Shown here: piece after piece, positions 59,597 to 64,000 of the stretch
Numbering within the stretch: the first letter of the stretch is position 1
Layout of the letters: each line of letters begins with the position of its first letter
Origin: Nitrospinaceae bacterium
GTDB lineage: Bacteria > Nitrospinota > Nitrospinia > Nitrospinales > Nitrospinaceae
DNA: 64,000 nt
Assembly: GCA_965237905.1 (NCBI GenBank)
Contig: OZ250172.1
Location: forward strand, 2,528,001-2,592,000
Direction of reading: 5' to 3'
Notes under the pieces: model-generated
The model's database searches: none
Told to the model about the DNA's origin: nothing
Seen by the model: the letters and a program-made list of their open reading frames with translations, nothing else
Made by a program: the position numbers and the translations under genes

Positions 59597-59799
59597 CCCC
59601 TTCGACAAAGCCTGTCCTGAGCTTGTCGAAGGACTCAGGGTGACACGGTTACGTGAGGAAAAGTAAAACCGGTTGGTATTTACAGAGATAAGGAGGGGGG
59701 GTGTAAGGGGGGATGTGCGGGGAGAAACTTATTCCGGCCCGTGGCTACAGCCCTGAAAGGCTGTGCCACTTGATTGGACCAGAAGTTTGTTTGTAAGAA

Positions 59800-61179
59800 T
59801 CAGTTTATCTCGTTCCACGAAACTACACCAATGTTGGTTGTAGTCGTAGGTACGGTCATACCGCAGCCATAACTGATGTTAGTACCACCAGAGACTGTGT
59901 TAGCACCATTTACCAGATTTTCTGTGGAAGGAGCGTCAAAAGCCATTGCGGCTCCATCTATATCGGCATTTCCGCTCAGTTTTAACTGCTCGCGAGCATA
60001 GACTACACCTTCGATCAACTGAGTGGAGGCGCCAGAGAAATCAATATCGGTACCCGCAACCACAAATAAATTTTGAATATCTGCCGGAAGGGCGGGATCC
60101 TTCTTGTTTATGATATTCACATTCCCACCCATTGCAACGTAGCCGGTGGCAACAATGGTGAGCTCCCACTTGTTACCTGGCGTACCCGCGCTACCATTGC
60201 TCATATCGACGTTCCCTTCAAAATAAAGGAAAGCATCAAAAGCATCATTGCCGCTGTTATTTCTCCATTTTTGTTGGGAGCTTTGATAAGACCAACCTTG
60301 CCAGCCTGAAGAAGCGACGAAGTTTCCATTTTTGTCATAGACATTGCCGTCTGAGCGCAATTGGTAATCCGCGTAGGGTGCAAATTCAGTGACGTCGAAA
60401 TCGGGGACTGGAACCACAGGTTGACCCGCATCACAGGTTCCACTTCCAACGGTTGCATTACCTATGTCGCAGATTATTCCGCTGGAGGTGGCATTGACAG
60501 CAACGGTTTGACCACTCCCTGCCAAATCTAAATTACCATTGGCATGAACGCTGCCACAAGCTCCACCCACGTCCCCTCCTACATCAAGATCTCCGTTAGT
60601 CGTGACCGCACTTGTTGGAAGTCCAGGGGGATTGTAAACCAGTGCTTGAACCGTGGTGGTGCCATCCACGATCCCCACCGCCGACAGGAAAACCATGTTA
60701 TCCAGATCCTTCGTCAGGTCGCCATCGCCATCGTTGTTGTCAAAGGCCCGGATATAATAGGTGTTGCCGTTCAAGACTGCCGTGTCATACACAAAGCCAT
60801 CATCTACGGGTAAGGCGACCGGTGCGGCGAGGCCGAAGGTGCCGTTATCGTCATTTTCGGAATCACTGGGTGTTGCAGTTACCAGGTCGTCCGGACCGGC
60901 CAGGGCCGCTCTTATGGAACCCGCTTCAGTCAGGAATTTGGCATGCTCCAGTCCCGCCTCGGCGACAAAAAATGCTTCCCGGTTTTCCTTGAAATTACCC
61001 GCCCGGTCCATCTCTCCCGTGCTCAATTGCAGGGCCGCAGGCACCACGCTGATCATGACGACCATGAGGAGCAGGGCCGTAACCATCGCGAACCCGGATT
61101 CGTTATTCAGAACGCGTCCGGTGAGCGCCTTTATCCCGTTAAAATTAGGGGTGGATTTGTTTTTTGATATCGTTTTCAT
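59800..61179 (-). CDS. PilX-like type IV minor pilin, paralog 2
   Basis: Same architecture; long tracts identical to paralog 1. Confidence 0.85.
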   Translation of the reverse strand: MKTISKNKSTPNFNGIKALTGRVLNNESGFAMVTALLLMVVMISVVPAALQLSTGEMDRAGNFKENREAFFVAEAGLEHAKFLTEAGSIRAALAGPDDLVTATPSDSENDDNGTFGLAAPVALPVDDGFVYDTAVLNGNTYYIRAFDNNDGDGDLTKDLDNMVFLSAVGIVDGTTTVQALVYNPPGLPTSAVTTNGDLDVGGDVGGACGSVHANGNLDLAGSGQTVAVNATSSGIICDIGNATVGSGTCDAGQPVVPVPDFDVTEFAPYADYQLRSDGNVYDKNGNFVASSGWQGWSYQSSQQKWRNNSGNDAFDAFLYFEGNVDMSNGSAGTPGNKWELTIVATGYVAMGGNVNIINKKDPALPADIQNLFVVAGTDIDFSGASTQLIEGVVYAREQLKLSGNADIDGAAMAFDAPSTENLVNGANTVSGGTNISYGCGMTVPTTTTNIGVVSWNEIN

Positions 61180-61314
61180 AATTTCTTCCTCTCTCTTTCT
61201 CTCTTTTTCCAGCTGCTTTTTTATCAAGTCAATTTTTATTGATGCCCTCTATCTACGTTCCAAAAATTGGGAGTCCTCAATTCAATCCATGTCCTCAGAC
61301 TCAATACCAGATAA

Positions 61315-61330
61315 TGCAAAATGTGAACCA
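61315..61330 (-). promoter_or_regulatory. Sigma54 (-24/-12) promoter of paralog 2
   Basis: Minus strand TGGTTCACATTTTGCA (GG-N10-GC), at a similar distance from the ATG as in paralog 3. Confidence 0.6.
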
Positions 61331-61557
61331 AATCGAAGATTTAAAGGGTTTATATTGACAGTCGATGTGTATGTATTTGCTTTTCAGACGTTTAGAACGA
61401 CAGAAAATCCAAATTTTCTTTTAGGACCTCGCCAATATATACCCCAAGTGGATTTTAAAATTGGGATTTGTCCCATATTTGAAACACAATTGTCCGTTTT
61501 TGGGAAACCAGGAAAAGTAGCATTTTCGGGGTGTTACAGCAGAGAAAACCTTAAGCA

Positions 61558-61814
61558 GACAGGATAACAGGATAAAAATCAGATTAACTACAGGTGAATA
61601 CATATACAAATGATACCTCCCCGTTTCAAGGGGAGGACTGAGGAGGGGTTGATATCAACCACCCCTAACCCCTCCTTGAAAAGGAGGGGGATTCTTTTTG
61701 TCATGCTGAGTTCCTTCGACAAGCTCAGGATAAACTCCGTGAAAGATCCATGTTTCATTGGTGTTTATCTGTGTTCATCTGTGGTTAATCTGATTTTTAT
61801 CCTGTGATCCTGTC
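61558..61814. repeat. Composite MITE/REPIN-like element, copy B, with ~50-bp terminal inverted repeats
   Basis: GACAGGATAACAGGATAAAAATCAGATTAAC ... GTTAATCTGATTTTTATCCTGTGATCCTGTC. Confidence 0.85.
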
Positions 61815-61955
61815 AGATGTGTTGGGAGGAAAACTAAAACCGGTCGGTATTTCCAGCGGCAAGGGGGTGTGGCGTGGGAAAAACTTATTCCGGTCCGTGG
61901 TCACAGGCCTGAAAGGCTGTGCCACTTGAGGACCGGAAGTTTGTTTGTATTGAGC

Positions 61956-63305
61956 CTATATCTCGTTCCACGCGACCACATCAATTATGACTGTAGTACT
62001 GGGTATGGTCAAACCGCAACCATAAGTGATATCAACGGTACCAGAGACCAGGTTTGAAGAGACCAAAGGTTCTAATGTAGCAACGTCAGCGGCCAATGCG
62101 GCCCCATTAATATCGGCAGTTCCGGTCAGCTTCAGTTGATCGGTGGCATAGATGATACCGTCAATGAACTGAGTGGCGTTGCCGTTGTATTCAACATCAG
62201 TACCTGCAACCAAAAATAAATTTTGAATATCTACCGGATGGGAAGGATTCTTCAGGTTTGCGATCGTGAGAGATCCGGATACTTTAATATAACCTGTGGC
62301 GACAACGGTTATATTCCACGGATTACCCGGGCTACCCGCATTACCTGCTACCTGGGCGTTCCCTTCAATATAAAGAAAAGCGTCAACCGCAGTGGGACTA
62401 CCCTTGGACCATAGGCTGACTCCATCATGACTCCAACCGTTCCAGGGTGAACTTGAGACAAAGGCTCCACTTGCGTCATAGACATTTCCGAATTGGTCGA
62501 GTGTGAAATCCGCATAGGGTTCCAATGCAGTGACGTCGAGAATGGGGATTGGAATCACAGGTTGACCCCCTGCACTCCCTGGACCAGCGGTTCCTCCGGG
62601 CGTGTAGGATCCGGTAGCGGTGGCATCTTGTGCAACGATCGGAGTTCCTGCCAGAGTTAAATCATCATTGGAATGAACGCCTCCACAAGCTCCAGCTACA
62701 TTCGCGTTGCCTGATACCTGAAGAGGTCCGTTCGTGGTGACCGCACCGACTGGAATTCCGGGAGGATTGTAAACCAGGGCTTCAACCGTGGTGGTGATGT
62801 TATCAACGATACCCACTGCGGACAGGAAAATCATGTTGTCGGTATCAAAATTTGGATCGCCATCATCGTTGTCATAGGCCCGGATATAATAGGTGTCGCC
62901 GTTAAAGGGCACCGCACTGTATTGAAAGCCATTTAGGGGGGTCTGCGTTCCGACGTTGAAGATGCCATTATCGTTATCATTGAGGGGATCACTGGTCGTT
63001 GCAGATACAAAGTCATCCGGACCGGCCAGAGCCGATCTCATGGAACTCGCTTCAGTCAGGAATTTGGCATGCTCCAACCCCGCCTCGGCCAGAAAAAATG
63101 CTTCCCGGTTTTCCTTGAAATCACCGGCCCGTTTCATTTCTCCCGAGGTCAAGTGCATGGCCACAGGCACCAGGCTGACCATGACGACCATGAGGAGCAG
63201 GGCCGTAACCATTGCGATCCCGGATTCGTTGTGCAGAGCACGTCCGGTGAGCGTCTTTATCCCGCTAAATTTATAAGTCGATTCGTTTTTTGATGTCGTA
63301 TGCAT
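61956..63305 (-). CDS. PilX-like type IV minor pilin, paralog 3
   Basis: ESG|IAMVTALLL, AEAGLE, AWNEI; the most divergent paralog. Confidence 0.85.
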   Translation of the reverse strand: MHTTSKNESTYKFSGIKTLTGRALHNESGIAMVTALLLMVVMVSLVPVAMHLTSGEMKRAGDFKENREAFFLAEAGLEHAKFLTEASSMRSALAGPDDFVSATTSDPLNDNDNGIFNVGTQTPLNGFQYSAVPFNGDTYYIRAYDNDDGDPNFDTDNMIFLSAVGIVDNITTTVEALVYNPPGIPVGAVTTNGPLQVSGNANVAGACGGVHSNDDLTLAGTPIVAQDATATGSYTPGGTAGPGSAGGQPVIPIPILDVTALEPYADFTLDQFGNVYDASGAFVSSSPWNGWSHDGVSLWSKGSPTAVDAFLYIEGNAQVAGNAGSPGNPWNITVVATGYIKVSGSLTIANLKNPSHPVDIQNLFLVAGTDVEYNGNATQFIDGIIYATDQLKLTGTADINGAALAADVATLEPLVSSNLVSGTVDITYGCGLTIPSTTVIIDVVAWNEI

Positions 63306-63447
63306 AATCTCTATCTTTCGTTCCAGATGTTTTATTATTAAATGGATCTCCCGTATTCCTTAAAATGGATACCGTCCCTCACCGGTTCCTGCAACGGTCC
63401 AAAAATATGGGGTCTTGAGCCTGACCCGGAATCCTGACTCGAAGTAG

Positions 63448-63463
63448 TGCAACACGCGGGCCA
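63448..63463 (-). promoter_or_regulatory. Sigma54 (-24/-12) promoter of paralog 3
   Basis: Minus strand TGGCCCGCGTGTTGCA (GG-N10-GC). Confidence 0.75.
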
Positions 63464-64000
63464 AGTATCAAATTTATTGGGCACACATTAAAAATGTATT
63501 CGTATGCCGACATTTCCCAAGGGTTTTGGTTTTAAAGAATGTTCCCGATTTTCCAAGTCACGCCCCTCCTGAACCATCAAAGGTGTATGATTTATTATTT
63601 ACTATGGCTGTAACTATAAGCTTTACAGGTGTTCGTCTGTTTTCAGGGGGTCCCCAGCAAAAGGCCTTAAAAGACTTTGTTTAGCGGCTTCATAGAGGGG
63701 CGTGTGCTTAAAATTATCCAATGGATCGATCTCAAAAGCAGACAGGATCACGGGATTTGGCTTCCCCTTCTGAAGGGGGCTGGGGGATTTGTCACCACAG
63801 AGGACGCAGAGGGCACAGAGAGGACCGGAAAATTAAATAGGGAAAGACGACAAAAATCCCCTCTCCCCTGGGGGAGAGGGTTGGGTGAGGGGGATTTAAA
63901 AATTGTAGTTGCCCCATTCATGGGGCGAATTTCAAAACCGCTCGATGAATCGAGCAACTACAAAAGCAGAAGGAAGAATCCCCCCATCCCCCTTTACAAG

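Noticed and set aside
57556..63305. Diversity-generating retroelement acting on the pilin paralogs
   Set aside because: No reverse transcriptase in the window and the differences are not adenine-specific

Overview
Bacterial chromosome window of mostly housekeeping genes. A Nitrospinota-like nitrite oxidiser is my guess from gene content, not verified. Core genes: yebC-ruvC-ruvA, a soluble fumarate reductase/SDH-type pair, ric, yajC-secD-secF, a Zn-ribbon gene overlapping rnpB, aspS, a NapG-type ferredoxin, a B12 radical SAM enzyme, a TPR / HExxH protein / TorD-family chaperone trio, ygfZ-TPR/iscA/bolA/grxD/Prx-like, plsC, DUF47-Pit, a delta-9 desaturase with a divergent two-component system, TIGR03545/03546, a porin, and crcB-DUF190. 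Most notable signals: (1) three independent single-gene insertions, each bounded by a 60-83 bp decayed copy of a neighbouring gene's end, with no integrase nearby; (2) an AT-rich 1073-aa PD-(D/E)XK nuclease-NACHT-HEAT protein between two of these scars, a candidate anti-phage NLR-like sensor; (3) three tandem stand-alone PilX-like pilin genes, each with a sigma54-type promoter (one mutated) and a covarying 3' RNA hairpin; (4) nested REP/MITE-like repeat families, one with an inverted core; (5) a peroxiredoxin-fold protein with Asp at the catalytic Cys position. I recognised no tRNA, rRNA, CRISPR array, integrase or transposase. All family assignments come from motif recognition by eye, not database searches.
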